NCBI GenBank assembly: GCA_965603035.1
Contig: CBFDBL010000003.1
Coordinates: 1 to 33,239 of the forward strand
Length of the DNA: 33,239 nt
DNA from: an uncultured bacterium
GTDB lineage: Bacteria > Planctomycetota > PUPC01 > DSUN01
Direction of reading: 5' to 3'
The translations under genes were made by a program, and so were the position numbers. The notes below the pieces were generated by a model. It ran no database searches, was not told where the DNA came from, and saw only the letters and a list, made by a program, of their open reading frames with translations. Shown one piece after another: positions 1 through 9,059 of the stretch (position 1 is its first letter; each line of letters starts with the position of its first letter).

Positions 1-486
1 AGGCATCGGCGACGGCGGCGGGCTCTGGCGTGGTGACCACGACGGTGTCGGGCGCGGCGGCGAGGACGTGGAGCGCGCCGGGCACGGCGCCCGCGGGGGC
101 CTCGACGAGCACCAGGTCGGCCTCGGCGTCGAGCCGCGCGAAGCCCTGCCACAGCCGCGCCTGCTGCCACGGCGTCAGGTTCGCGAGCTGCTCGAGCCCG
201 GCGCCCGTCGCCACGAGCCGCACGCCTTCCGGCCCGTCGAGCACGACGTCGGCGGCCTCGCGCCGGCCCTCGAGCACGTGCTCGAGGGTGGGCCGCGGCG
301 CGCGAGCCCGACCAGGGCCACGCGGAGGCCCTGGAGGCGCAGCGCCACGGCGAGGTTGGTCGCGAGGGTGGACGTGCCGACGCCGGCCCTGCCGCCCGCC
401 ACGGCGATGGTGGCGGCGCGCGCGAGCCCGTCGCGGCCGTGCCGCGGGCTCAGCAGCTTGCGCAGGGTGCTCGCCTGTTGGTTCAT
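1..486 (-). pseudogene. flhG: FlhG/FleN (MinD-like) flagellar regulator, degenerate and frameshifted near 300; 3' end runs off the window
   Basis: The N-terminus MNQQASTLRKLL...IAVAGGRAGVGTSTLATNLAVAL is in one frame. Translating by hand in another frame from ~298 gives PRPTLEHVLEGRREAADVVLDGPEGVRLV...DLVLVEAPAG...VVVTTPEPAAVADA, matching FlhG motifs. Lies directly downstream of flhF. Family call is strong; pseudogene versus assembly error is uncertain. Confidence 0.75.
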
Positions 487-514
487 CGCACTCGCTTCCC
501 TGGGCGTGTCTCGG

Positions 515-1600
515 TCATGCGCCCTGTTCTCCGGCGTGCTCGGCGACGGCGCCGATTACGAGGTCGGCGAGCCGCTCGGGCCGCGCGGCCTCGAGGTGCG
601 CCGCGACGTCCTGGCCGTCGGCCAGGTAGGAGACGGGGACGCCGGCGGCCTCGGCGGCGCGGAGCAGCAGGCCGTGGCGGGGCGCCTCGTCGAGCTTCGT
701 GAAGGCCACGCGGCCGAAGCCGACCGTGCGGTAGGCCTCGATCGACGCCAGCGCGGCGTCGCCGTCGGCGGCGGCGCTGAGCAGCAGGTGGCGCTCGGCG
801 GCCGGGAGGGCCGCCAGGTAGGCCCGGAGCTGCCCGAGCTGCTCGGCGTCGTGGTGCGGCAGCCCCGGGGTGTCCACGAGCAGCCACTGGGCGGCGGCGG
901 CGGCCTCGAGCACGCGGCCGGCGTCGCCCGGCTCCGCGATGGCGTGGAACGGGGCGCTGAGGATCTCGGCGTAGGCCCTGAGCTGCTCGAGCGCGCCGAC
1001 GCGGAAGAAGTCGACGCTCGCCAGCGCCACCCGGGCGCCGTCCCCCACGATGAGGCGCCCCGCGAGCTTGGCCAGCGTGGTGGTCTTGCCGACCCCTGGC
1101 GGCCCGACGAGCGCGAGCACCCGCGGGCCCCGCGCCGCGGGCGCCGGCGGCTCGGCGGTGCGGAAGCGGCGGGCGATGGCCGCGCGGAGCCGGCCCTCGA
1201 GGTCGCCCTCGCCGTCGCCGGGGCGGCACGCGTCGGCGAGCGCCCTGGCCGTCGGCTCGTCCACGCCGCGCTCGACGAGGCGTGCCGTCAGCTCGCCGGC
1301 TGGTCCTGGCGCGGGGCTTGTGTGCTGGCTGAGGGCCTCCTTGATGGCCTGGATGTCGCGCTCGATGGCGCGGAGGTCGGCGAGCTCGCGCGCCCAGTGG
1401 GGCGGTGGGGTGCCGGCGGGCGCGGGCGGCACGTCGTCGATGCCGACGACGATCTCGACGACGTGCTTGCGCAGGAAGCCGAGGGGGCCTGCGGGCCGGA
1501 CCTTGCGGGTGTCGATGATGAGCGCGGAGTCGCCGATGGTGGCCTTGACCTTGGCCAGGGCTTCCTCGATGGTCGGCGCTCGGAAGGTCTTGACGATCAT
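515..1600 (-). CDS. flhF: Flagellar biosynthesis SRP-type GTPase FlhF
   Basis: N-terminal MIVKTFRAPTIEEALAKVK, G1 GPPGVGKTTT, DFFRVGA, DTPG and TKLDE motifs; between flhA and flhG. Confidence 0.95.
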   Translation of the reverse strand: MIVKTFRAPTIEEALAKVKATIGDSALIIDTRKVRPAGPLGFLRKHVVEIVVGIDDVPPAPAGTPPPHWARELADLRAIERDIQAIKEALSQHTSPAPGPAGELTARLVERGVDEPTARALADACRPGDGEGDLEGRLRAAIARRFRTAEPPAPAARGPRVLALVGPPGVGKTTTLAKLAGRLIVGDGARVALASVDFFRVGALEQLRAYAEILSAPFHAIAEPGDAGRVLEAAAAAQWLLVDTPGLPHHDAEQLGQLRAYLAALPAAERHLLLSAAADGDAALASIEAYRTVGFGRVAFTKLDEAPRHGLLLRAAEAAGVPVSYLADGQDVAAHLEAARPERLADLVIGAVAEHAGEQGA

Positions 1601-1630
1601 CGTCGCTCATCCCGCTAACGGTGGCGGCGG

Positions 1631-3754
1631 CTACACGGCCTGCGGGGCGGTCTCCTGCGGCTGGGCGGCGGCGGCCATGGTGATGGCGGCGAGGGGCTCG
1701 ACGTCGAGGGTCGGGAGCACCTCCTGGTAGGACAGGACGGCGACGCCTCGGAGCGTGGGCGCGAGCAGCGCGGCGAGGTGGCGGCGCAGCGGGGCCTGCG
1801 CGAGCACCACGGGCTCGAGCCCGCGGCCGTAGGCCTCGCCGACGGCCTTCGCGATGCGCTCGAGCAGCTCGCGGGTGTAGCCCGGGTCGAGCGGCGCCGC
1901 GGCGGCGCCGCCCTGGCCGACGAACTGGGCGAGGCGCTGCTCGACGTCGGCGTCGATGTAGACGGCGTGGAGCTTGCCGTCGCGGCTCAGGCGGCCGGCG
2001 CACACGGCGCGCGCGAGCGCCTGGCGGACGAACTCGGTGAGGAGATCGGGGTCCTTGACCTGGCTGGCCTTGTCGCTGAGTGCCTCGAGGATGGTGGCGA
2101 GGTCGAGGATGGGGACGCCCTCGCGCAGGAGGTTCGCGAGGACGGCCTGGACGGTGCCGACGGGCAGCAGGCCGGGGACCAGCTCGTTGACGACGGTGGG
2201 CGCGCGCCGCTTGAGCTGGTCGAGGAGCGCCTGGACGTCCTCGCGGCCGAGGATCTCGTCGGGGTGGCGCTTGATGAGCTCGGTGATGTGGGTGATGAGG
2301 ACGGCGATGGGCTCGATGACGGTGTAGCCGGCCAGCTCGGCCTCGGCCCGCTGCGAGGGCGCGACCCACACGGCAGGCAGGCCGAAGGCCGGCTCGCGGG
2401 TCGCCTCGCCCTGGATGCGGTCGGCGCCGGCGCCGGAGTCCATGGCCAGCAGCTTGCCGACCCGGAGCTGGCCCGTGCCGACCTGCTGGCCGCGGATCCG
2501 CACGACGTAGGTCTCGGGGTCGAGCTGGACGTTGTCGCGGATGCGGATGAGCGGGACGATGAAGCCGAGGGTGCTGGCGATCTTGCGCCGCACGGCGTCG
2601 ATCTCGCGCAGCAGCCCCCCCTCGCCGCGCTCCTCCACCATCGCGACCAGCCGGTAGCCGACCTCGACGGTCAGGCGATCGACGACCAGCAGGTCCTCGA
2701 TCGACGGCTCGGCGGGCTCGGCTGCCTCCTGCGCCTGCGCCGCCGCGGCCTCGGCCGCCGCGGCGGCCCCGCCGTGGCGCCGCATGACCAGGTAGAGCCC
2801 CCCGAGGAGCGCACCCATGACGGCGAAGGGCAGCGTCGGCAGGCCGGGCACGAGCGCGAAGAGGCCCAGCAGTACCGCCGCGATGCCCACGGGACGCGGG
2901 TGCGAGGCCATCTGGCGAGTCACGTCGCGGCTGAGGTTCGTCTGCGACGACGCCTTCGTGATCAGCACCCCAGCCGCCGTCGCGATGATCAGCGAGGGGA
3001 TCTGCGAGACCAGGCCGTCGCCGATGGTCAGGATCGAGTACTTCCGCGCCGCCTCGCCCACCGCCATCCCGTTCATCAGCCCGATCACCAGACCGCCGAA
3101 GATGTTGACCAGGGTGATCACGATCCCCGCGATGGCATCGCCGCGGACGAACTTGCTCGCACCGTCCATCGCGCCGTGGAACTCCGCCTCGCGCGCGACC
3201 TTCTCGCGGCGCATCCGCGCCTCCGCCTCGTCGATCTGCCCGTTCGTCAGGTCCGCGTCGATCGCCATCTGCTTGCCCGGCATGGCGTCGAGGGTGAAGC
3301 GCGCCGCCACCTCCGCGATCCGGCCCGCGCCCTTCGTGATCACCACGAACTGGATGACCACCAGGATCAGGAACACCACCGCCCCGACCACGACGTTGCC
3401 GCCGACCACGAAGTTGCCGAACGCCAGGATCACGTTCCCGGCGTAGCCGTGCAGCAGGATCAGGCGGGTCGAGGCCACGTTGAGCGACAGCCGCAGCAGC
3501 GTGGTGAACAGCAGGATGGAGGGGAAGGTCGAGAAGTCGAGCGGCTCGCCGCAGCTCAGCACCACCATCAGGATGATGAGCCCGAGCGAGATGTTGATCG
3601 TCAGCAGGATGTCGAGCAGCAGGGGCGGCAGCGGGATGACGAGCACGACCAGCACGGCCACCACGCCGATGGCCAGCGCCGTGTCGCTGTACTCCATCAT
3701 CCGCAGCCACACCGATGAGCCGTGCACGCGTCCCTGTGCGGCGGGAGCCGCCAT
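1631..3754 (-). CDS. flhA: Flagellar export apparatus protein FlhA
   Basis: FHIPEP motifs RIAEVAARFTLDAMPGKQMAIDADL, GAMDGASKFVRGDAIAG and GDGLVSQIP; 707 aa; flagellar context. Confidence 0.97.
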   Translation of the reverse strand: MAAPAAQGRVHGSSVWLRMMEYSDTALAIGVVAVLVVLVIPLPPLLLDILLTINISLGLIILMVVLSCGEPLDFSTFPSILLFTTLLRLSLNVASTRLILLHGYAGNVILAFGNFVVGGNVVVGAVVFLILVVIQFVVITKGAGRIAEVAARFTLDAMPGKQMAIDADLTNGQIDEAEARMRREKVAREAEFHGAMDGASKFVRGDAIAGIVITLVNIFGGLVIGLMNGMAVGEAARKYSILTIGDGLVSQIPSLIIATAAGVLITKASSQTNLSRDVTRQMASHPRPVGIAAVLLGLFALVPGLPTLPFAVMGALLGGLYLVMRRHGGAAAAAEAAAAQAQEAAEPAEPSIEDLLVVDRLTVEVGYRLVAMVEERGEGGLLREIDAVRRKIASTLGFIVPLIRIRDNVQLDPETYVVRIRGQQVGTGQLRVGKLLAMDSGAGADRIQGEATREPAFGLPAVWVAPSQRAEAELAGYTVIEPIAVLITHITELIKRHPDEILGREDVQALLDQLKRRAPTVVNELVPGLLPVGTVQAVLANLLREGVPILDLATILEALSDKASQVKDPDLLTEFVRQALARAVCAGRLSRDGKLHAVYIDADVEQRLAQFVGQGGAAAAPLDPGYTRELLERIAKAVGEAYGRGLEPVVLAQAPLRRHLAALLAPTLRGVAVLSYQEVLPTLDVEPLAAITMAAAAQPQETAPQAV

Positions 3755-3886
3755 CAGCCATTCCCCCGATGTCGGTCTGTGCCGGTCGCTTGCTGGTTGC
3801 CGCTCGCGCGCTCAGCGGAGCGGCGGAGCGGCTGGGGCCCGCGTCCGTTCGCGCGGGGGGCTCGTGGGGTCCTGGGTCCTGTCATC

Positions 3887-5008
3887 TCACACTCCTGCGG
3901 TGCCGCGTGCCGCTGCTGGCTCGGCCAGGGGCACGTAGCGGGTCGGCTGGCGGCGGCGGAGCTGGTAGACGTAGCTGAGCACCCTGGCCACCGCCTGGTA
4001 GAGGGCGTAGGGGATCTGCTGGCCCAGCTCGACGGTGCGGTAGAGCGCGCGCGCCAGCACGCGGTCCTCGACGAGCGGGATGCCGTGCTGGCGGGCCGTG
4101 TCGCGGATCCGCGCGGCCAGGCGATCGCGGCCCTTGGCCACCACGGTCGGGGCCTCCATCGTCGCCGCGTCGTAGCGCAGCGCCACCGCGTAGTGGGCCG
4201 GGTTCGTCACCACCGCGTCGGCCTTCGGCAGATCCTGGATCATCCGCCGCTGGGCCATCTGGCGCTGGATCTGGCGGATCCGGCCCTTCACCAGCGGATC
4301 GCCCTCCAGGCGCTTCATCTCCTCCTTGAGTTCCTGGTGGGTCATGCGCAGGCTCCGCTCGTGCTCCCAGCGCTGGTAGCCGTAGTCGGCCAGCGCCACC
4401 AGCACCAGCACGCCGAAGGCCTGGAGACACACCACCCCCGTCGTGCGGCACAGGTAGCACAGCACCGCGCTCGCCCGCGACTCCACCAGCGGAAAGAAGG
4501 CCTCGAGCCGGCTCGACACCGCCGCGACGAACACCGCGACGAGGATCGCCAGCTTCAGCAGCGAGAAAACCGACTTCATCACTGCCCGCAGCGAGAAGAG
4601 GCGCTGGAAGCCCTTCACGGGATCGAGGTTCGACAGCCGCGGCCGGATCGCCTCCGGCGAGAGCACCAGCCCCACCTGGCCGTAGGCCGCCGCGAGCCCC
4701 ACCACCAGCAGCCCGCACGCGAAGGGCGCCAGCGAGCCCATCCCCTTGAGGGCCACGGTGCCCACGAGATCCGGGGCGCCGGCCACCGTCACCGGCTGCG
4801 CCACTGCCTCGCCCAGCGCGTAGCGCAGCGCGTCGGCGATCCCGCGGCACACCGACGGCGCCGAGACGAACAGCAGCGCCAGCCCGCCCAGGAGCACGGC
4901 CGCGCTGTTCACCTCGTGGCTGCGCGCCACCTGCCCGCGCTCGCGCGCCTCGCGCCGCCGGCGCGGGGTCGCCTGCTCCGTCCGTTCTTGTCCTGCCTCT
5001 TCCGGCAA
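3887..5008 (-). CDS. flhB: Flagellar export switch protein FlhB
   Basis: ERTEQATPRRRREARERGQV, QELKEEMKRLEGDP, autocleavage motif TNPAHYAVAL, APTVVAKG; TTG start with GAGG upstream. Confidence 0.96.
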   Translation of the reverse strand: MPEEAGQERTEQATPRRRREARERGQVARSHEVNSAAVLLGGLALLFVSAPSVCRGIADALRYALGEAVAQPVTVAGAPDLVGTVALKGMGSLAPFACGLLVVGLAAAYGQVGLVLSPEAIRPRLSNLDPVKGFQRLFSLRAVMKSVFSLLKLAILVAVFVAAVSSRLEAFFPLVESRASAVLCYLCRTTGVVCLQAFGVLVLVALADYGYQRWEHERSLRMTHQELKEEMKRLEGDPLVKGRIRQIQRQMAQRRMIQDLPKADAVVTNPAHYAVALRYDAATMEAPTVVAKGRDRLAARIRDTARQHGIPLVEDRVLARALYRTVELGQQIPYALYQAVARVLSYVYQLRRRQPTRYVPLAEPAAARGTAGV

Positions 5009-5036
5009 GCTCTACACCTCGAGCAAAGGTTGCTTC

Positions 5037-5819
5037 TCACAGCCCGTTGAGCAGCGGCACCAGGCCGCGGCCCATCGCCACGAAGTGCCTCTCGGCCGCG
5101 TGCAGGATGAAGGGCAGGGCGATGCCCAACATCAGCAGGCCCACGCCGATCTTCAGCGGGAACGCCAGCATCAGCGCGTGGATCTGCGGCACCAGCCGAG
5201 CCACGATGCCGATCGCCACCGTCACCAGCACGGTGACGCACAACACCGGCGCCGCGAACACCACCCCGCTCTCGAACATCGCGGCGAACCCGTCCACGAG
5301 CCGGCCCACGGTCCCCGCCCCGAGCTCCATCCCGCCCACGGGCACCCGCGCGAAGCTCCGGCTCAGCGCCATCAGCAGCCAGTGGTGGCCGTCCACCGCC
5401 AGGAACAGCAGCAGGCCCAGCACCGTCGCCAGCCGCGCCACCACCGCCATCTCGACCTCCGTCGTCGGGTCCGCGACCTTCGACATGGCGAAGCCCATCT
5501 GCTCGCTCAGCAGCTCGCCCGTCACCTGCACCGCCGTGTAGGCCAGCAGCGCGAAAAACCCCAGCACCAGGCCCACCACGATCTCCTTCGCCGCCGCGGC
5601 ACCGAACCCCAGCCACGTCGCCGGCAGCGTCGCACCGCCGGCCTCCGCCACCACCATCGGCAGCAGGCACGCCGCCACCACCCCCACCAGCAGCGCCTTC
5701 ACCAGCCGGGGCAGCACGGGGCTCGAGAACACCGGCGCCGCCAGGAAGACACCCGTCGTGCGGCACAGCACCAGCACGAACAGCTCGAAGTGCGTGACCA
5801 GCGCCAGCACCGCCGCCAC
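5037..5819 (-). CDS. fliR: Flagellar export gate protein FliR
   Basis: Multi-TM protein with KEIVVGLVLG, QMGFAMSKVADP, DGHHWLL and ARLVPQIH motifs. Start reassigned to GTG 5819 (AGGGGG upstream), giving a typical 260 aa. Confidence 0.93.
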   Translation of the reverse strand: MAAVLALVTHFELFVLVLCRTTGVFLAAPVFSSPVLPRLVKALLVGVVAACLLPMVVAEAGGATLPATWLGFGAAAAKEIVVGLVLGFFALLAYTAVQVTGELLSEQMGFAMSKVADPTTEVEMAVVARLATVLGLLLFLAVDGHHWLLMALSRSFARVPVGGMELGAGTVGRLVDGFAAMFESGVVFAAPVLCVTVLVTVAIGIVARLVPQIHALMLAFPLKIGVGLLMLGIALPFILHAAERHFVAMGRGLVPLLNGL

Positions 5820-5992
5820 TACGCCACCCCCTGCGGCGCCAACGCCGCCAGCACCAGCCCAGGCCCAAGCTGCCACAGGACCACCGCGTCCCACAGCCCA
5901 GGCCCCCCGCCTGCGACCGCCGCCGGGCGCGCGCCCGCGGGCCGCGCCGGCCGCCGCGGTGGGCGCCTCGGCTTCGAGTGGGGCTTCGCCAT
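5819..5992 (-). CDS. Small hypothetical protein (57 aa) between fliQ and fliR
   Basis: Not in the ORF track. ATG at 5992 with GAGGAG 8 nt upstream. Translation: MAKPHSKPRRPPRRPARPAGARPAAVAGGGPGLWDAVVLWQLGPGLVLAALAPQGVA. Its TAG overlaps the fliR GTG (TAGTG). Confidence 0.5.
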   Translation of the reverse strand: MAKPHSKPRRPPRRPARPAGARPAAVAGGGPGLWDAVVLWQLGPGLVLAALAPQGVA

Positions 5993-6010
5993 GGCATCGT
6001 CTCCTCGCCC

Positions 6011-6283
6011 TCAGCTCGCCGCGAAGCGAGCCAGGTGCAGGAACAGGTTCGCCGTGTAGCTCGTCAGCACGCGGATCATCCACGGCAGGACGAGCAGGAA
6101 CACGAGCATGATGCCGAGCACCTTGGGGATGAACGACAGGGTCTGCTCCTGGACGCTGGTGATGGCCTGGAGCACGCCGATGAGCAGGCCCAGCGCCAGC
6201 CCCGCGCCCAGCAGCGGCGCAGCGACCATGAGCACCGTGGTCAGCGCATCGCGGCCCAGGCCTGCCACGAGATCGATCGTCAC
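6011..6283 (-). CDS. fliQ: Flagellar export gate protein FliQ
   Basis: 90 aa with GLLIGVLQAITSVQEQTLSFIPK signature; GGAGG upstream of GTG. Confidence 0.96.
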   Translation of the reverse strand: MTIDLVAGLGRDALTTVLMVAAPLLGAGLALGLLIGVLQAITSVQEQTLSFIPKVLGIMLVFLLVLPWMIRVLTSYTANLFLHLARFAAS

Positions 6284-6287
6284 GGCC

Positions 6288-6503
6288 TCACCTCCCCAGC
6301 AGCCTGGCCAGCCAGGCGCGGACGCGCCCCAGCCAGCCGCGCTGGCGCTGCACCCGACGCACCGCCTCCGCCGCCAGCCGGGCCGTCTCCTGACGGCTCC
6401 GCCGAGGCCGCTCCGGCGCCAGCGGCGACACCTCGTCGCCCGGCGGGCGGAAGGGCGCCGACTCCGTCCCCTGCCTCTGTTCCTCTTGGAGCGTTGCGCT
6501 CAC
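6288..6503 (-). CDS. Small hypothetical protein (71 aa) between fliP and fliQ, with C-terminal amphipathic helix
   Basis: GTG start with AAGGAGG 5 nt upstream; fills the fliP-fliQ gap; ends in RGWLGRVRAWLARLLGR. Confidence 0.65.
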   Translation of the reverse strand: MSATLQEEQRQGTESAPFRPPGDEVSPLAPERPRRSRQETARLAAEAVRRVQRQRGWLGRVRAWLARLLGR

Positions 6504-6521
6504 GGGGTCCTCCTTGCATGG

Positions 6522-7343
6522 CTACGAGAAGCTGATGGTCAGCGACCGCAGGATCAGGTGCCAGCCGTCCACGAGCACGAACAAGAGGATCTTGAAGGGC
6601 ACCGAGATCACCACGGGCGGCAGCATGAACATCCCCATCGACGTCAGCACGCTCGAGACGATCATGTCGATGACGAGGAAGGGCAGGAAGATGATGAAGC
6701 CCATCTGGAACGCGGTCTTGAGCTCGCTGGTCACGAACGCCGGGATCAGCACGTGGGTCGGCACGTCGTCCGGCCCCCGCGGGCGCTGGGCCGACGACAT
6801 GTGGACGAACAGCGCCAGGTCCTTGCGGCGGGTGTGCTTGAGCATGAAGCCGCGCAGCGCCCCCGTCGCGCTCTCGAGCGCCTGGGCCTGCGAGATCGCC
6901 CCCTCGCGGTAGGGCACCCACGCCTCCTCGTGCACCACGCCGATCACCGGCGCCATCGTGAACATCGTCAGGAACAGGGCCAGACCGATGAGCACCTGAT
7001 TCGGCGGCATCGACTGGAGCGACAGCGCCCGACGCACGAACGACAGCACGATGATGATCCGCGTGAACGACGTCATCGTCAGCAGCAGCGCCGGCAGCAG
7101 GCTCAACAGCGTGAAGAACAACAGGATCTGGAGCGTCCCCGCCAGCTCCTGCGGGTCGTCCGTCCCCTCCACCCCCAGGTTCACCTTGAACGGGATCGGC
7201 ATCGCCGCGCCCGCCGCCCCCTCGCAACCGCCGAACACCACGAGCAGCACGAAGCCCACCGCGATGCAGCGGGTCAGCAGACGGCGACTGCGCCTGCCGG
7301 CAATCGGCAATCGGCAACTGGCGAGCGGCCATCCCATCGGCAT
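6522..7343 (-). CDS. fliP: Flagellar export gate protein FliP
   Basis: MTSFTRIIIVLSFVRRAL, PPNQVLIGLALFLT, PAFVTSELKTAFQMGF and FVLVDGW motifs. Start is uncertain (ATG 7343 overlapping the fliO stop, or GTG 7346). Confidence 0.96.
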   Translation of the reverse strand: MPMGWPLASCRLPIAGRRSRRLLTRCIAVGFVLLVVFGGCEGAAGAAMPIPFKVNLGVEGTDDPQELAGTLQILLFFTLLSLLPALLLTMTSFTRIIIVLSFVRRALSLQSMPPNQVLIGLALFLTMFTMAPVIGVVHEEAWVPYREGAISQAQALESATGALRGFMLKHTRRKDLALFVHMSSAQRPRGPDDVPTHVLIPAFVTSELKTAFQMGFIIFLPFLVIDMIVSSVLTSMGMFMLPPVVISVPFKILLFVLVDGWHLILRSLTISFS

Positions 7344-7939
7344 CACCCTGCAACAGCCCGGTCAGCCCCCGCCTCCCGCGGCGCATCGGCACCCGGCCGA
7401 TGGCCCGAGACGCGGCTGAACAGATCGAAGAACTCGCTGCGCCGCGGCTGCGCCGCCACCTGCGCCAGCACCTCGGGATCCCGGATCTCCGAGAGCAGCG
7501 ACAGCCGGTCCCCGCCAGCCCCCACCACCAGCAGGCGGTCGGCCACGCGGATCAAGTACAGGTAGCGCTTGCCGCCCAGCGGCGTCACCTCCACCAGCTC
7601 GCTCACCTTGCGGCTCGTGGTCGGCGCCTTCGACCCGCCCACGTAACGTCGCAAAACCAACCCCGTGACGACAATCAGACCCGTCACCACCGCCAGCGAG
7701 CCGATGACCCGCCCCGCCAGCGACAGCAGGCCGGGCGGCTCCGGCGGCCCGGGCTCGGCGTAGGAAAGGTAGTTAGAGTCAGCACTTACATCGCCCTCCG
7801 CCGGCGTCGCCGCCGCGGGGGCGGACGTGGCCGGCGCGGCCGTCTCGCCAGCCGCCGCCGTCGTCGGAGCACCCGGCGCCGCCCACGCCGTCGCGGCGAG
7901 AGCCAGGAGCACCAGGCTGGCCAGTCGTCGTGCCTTCAT
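7343..7939 (-). CDS. fliO: Flagellar assembly protein FliO (signal peptide, Ala/Pro linker, TM, FliO domain)
   Basis: MKARRLASLVLLALAATAWA signal peptide, then a TM helix and VEVTPLGGKRYLYLIRVADRLLVVG...LLSEI; immediately upstream of fliP; start placed at ATG 7939, downstream of the sigma54 site. Confidence 0.88.
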   Translation of the reverse strand: MKARRLASLVLLALAATAWAAPGAPTTAAAGETAAPATSAPAAATPAEGDVSADSNYLSYAEPGPPEPPGLLSLAGRVIGSLAVVTGLIVVTGLVLRRYVGGSKAPTTSRKVSELVEVTPLGGKRYLYLIRVADRLLVVGAGGDRLSLLSEIRDPEVLAQVAAQPRRSEFFDLFSRVSGHRPGADAPREAGADRAVAG

Positions 7940-7999
7940 CCGCGCGGTGTCCTCTCGGAACGGCTTTCCCGGACGCGCGATCTCGCCAGAGGCGATAGG

Positions 8000-8016
8000 A
8001 GCAAACGCCATGCCAA
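8000..8016 (-). promoter_or_regulatory. Sigma54 (-24/-12) promoter of the fliO-flhG operon
   Basis: Minus strand reads TTGGCATGGCGTTTGCT, which has the exact GG-N10-GC spacing of TGGCACG-N4-TTGC; ~60 nt upstream of fliO. Confidence 0.8.
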
Positions 8017-8222
8017 GGCGTCCCATCAGCTTGCGTCGCCCCGCTCCGGCTGCGTAACCCTCGAAGCCACGGACACCTGGGGCAGATCCTTCCCCTCGCC
8101 CGGGCACTCCTTTCCCGTTGCGCTGCCCGCACCCTTGGCGCGCCTTTCGCTACGCACCGACGCGATTTCCACGCCAGCAGCCCACGGCGCCGAGCCCGCG
8201 CACCACCCCGCGGCGACCCGTG

Positions 8223-8251
8223 TTGACTTTGCGCGCCCTTCGCCGTATCCT
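8223..8251 (+). promoter_or_regulatory. Sigma70-type promoter
   Basis: TTGACT-N17-TATCCT, ending 7 nt before GTG 8259. Confidence 0.6.
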
Positions 8252-8258
8252 CTCGGCC

Positions 8259-9059
8259 GTGAGACAGCCAGAAAGGGCCCCGAACAGCGACGTTTTCGAC
8301 ATCTGGGCGGCCTACTGGGCCTCGCAGCTCGCGCACACGCCGCCGTGGGATTTCATGTGCGAGACGATCTGGCGCGCGTTGCACGCGACGCTGGCCACGT
8401 ATGAGGCCCCGGCGGGCCGGTTGCTCGAGGCGGGCTGCGGGACAGGCCGGGTGTCGCACCGGCTGCGGGCCGAGGGCCGCGAGGCACACCTGATCGACAT
8501 CACGGCCGAGGCGATCCGCCTGAGCCGGTCACTGCTGGGCGAGGGGGCTCACGGGCTGTTCGTGCAGGGCTCGTGCTTCGCGCTGCCTTACGCGGCGGGG
8601 GCCTTCGACGTGGCGTGGCACGAGGGGGTGCTCGAGCACTTCCGGGCCGACGACCAGCGCCGCTTCCTGGCCGAGATGGTGCGCGTCGTGCGGCCGGGCG
8701 GCCTGGTGGTGACGATGAACCCCTACGCGCGGTCGTGGCTCTATCGCCTGGGGAAGGCGGCCCTCGAGGCGCTCGGGCGCTGGCCCTACGGCCCGGAGTA
8801 CCCCGTCCGCTCGATGGCGGGCATGGCCGCGGGCGCCGAGCTGCTGGGCGAGCGGCCGGTGGGATTCCTGGTGCTGCTCTGCGAGCTGTTCAGCCGCCTG
8901 CTCGTCGTGCGGGGCGGCCGTCGGCTGGTGCACCGGGCGTGCGTGTGGGCCTATCGCGCGGGGTCGGTGCGGTGGCTCGATCGGGTGCTCGCCCGGGTGC
9001 TCGGCGGCTACCTGCTGGTGTCGGTGTTCCGCAAGGCGGGCGGCGTCAGCGAGGGATGA
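8259..9059 (+). CDS. Class I SAM-dependent methyltransferase
   Basis: Motif I LLEAGCGTG, LPYAAGAFDVAW, VLEH and EMVRVVRPGG; start placed at GTG 8259 from promoter position; 3' end overlaps the convergent gene by 14 bp. Confidence 0.9.
   Translation: MRQPERAPNSDVFDIWAAYWASQLAHTPPWDFMCETIWRALHATLATYEAPAGRLLEAGCGTGRVSHRLRAEGREAHLIDITAEAIRLSRSLLGEGAHGLFVQGSCFALPYAAGAFDVAWHEGVLEHFRADDQRRFLAEMVRVVRPGGLVVTMNPYARSWLYRLGKAALEALGRWPYGPEYPVRSMAGMAAGAELLGERPVGFLVLLCELFSRLLVVRGGRRLVHRACVWAYRAGSVRWLDRVLARVLGGYLLVSVFRKAGGVSEG

Noticed and set aside
483-3761. Very long alternative-frame and antisense ORFs (e.g. 483-3761, 11800-16023, 17413-20646, 25832-28096)
   Set aside because: Arg/Gly/Pro/Ala-rich shadow ORFs expected at high GC; they overlap genes with clear family motifs.
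4190-4215. FlhB NPAH in place of NPTH
   Set aside because: The Asn-Pro cleavage site and His are retained; probably a tolerated variant.
7299-7319. GGCAATC heptamer, about three copies, in the fliP 5' region
   Set aside because: Too short, and 21 bp keeps the frame; no other copies were noticed.
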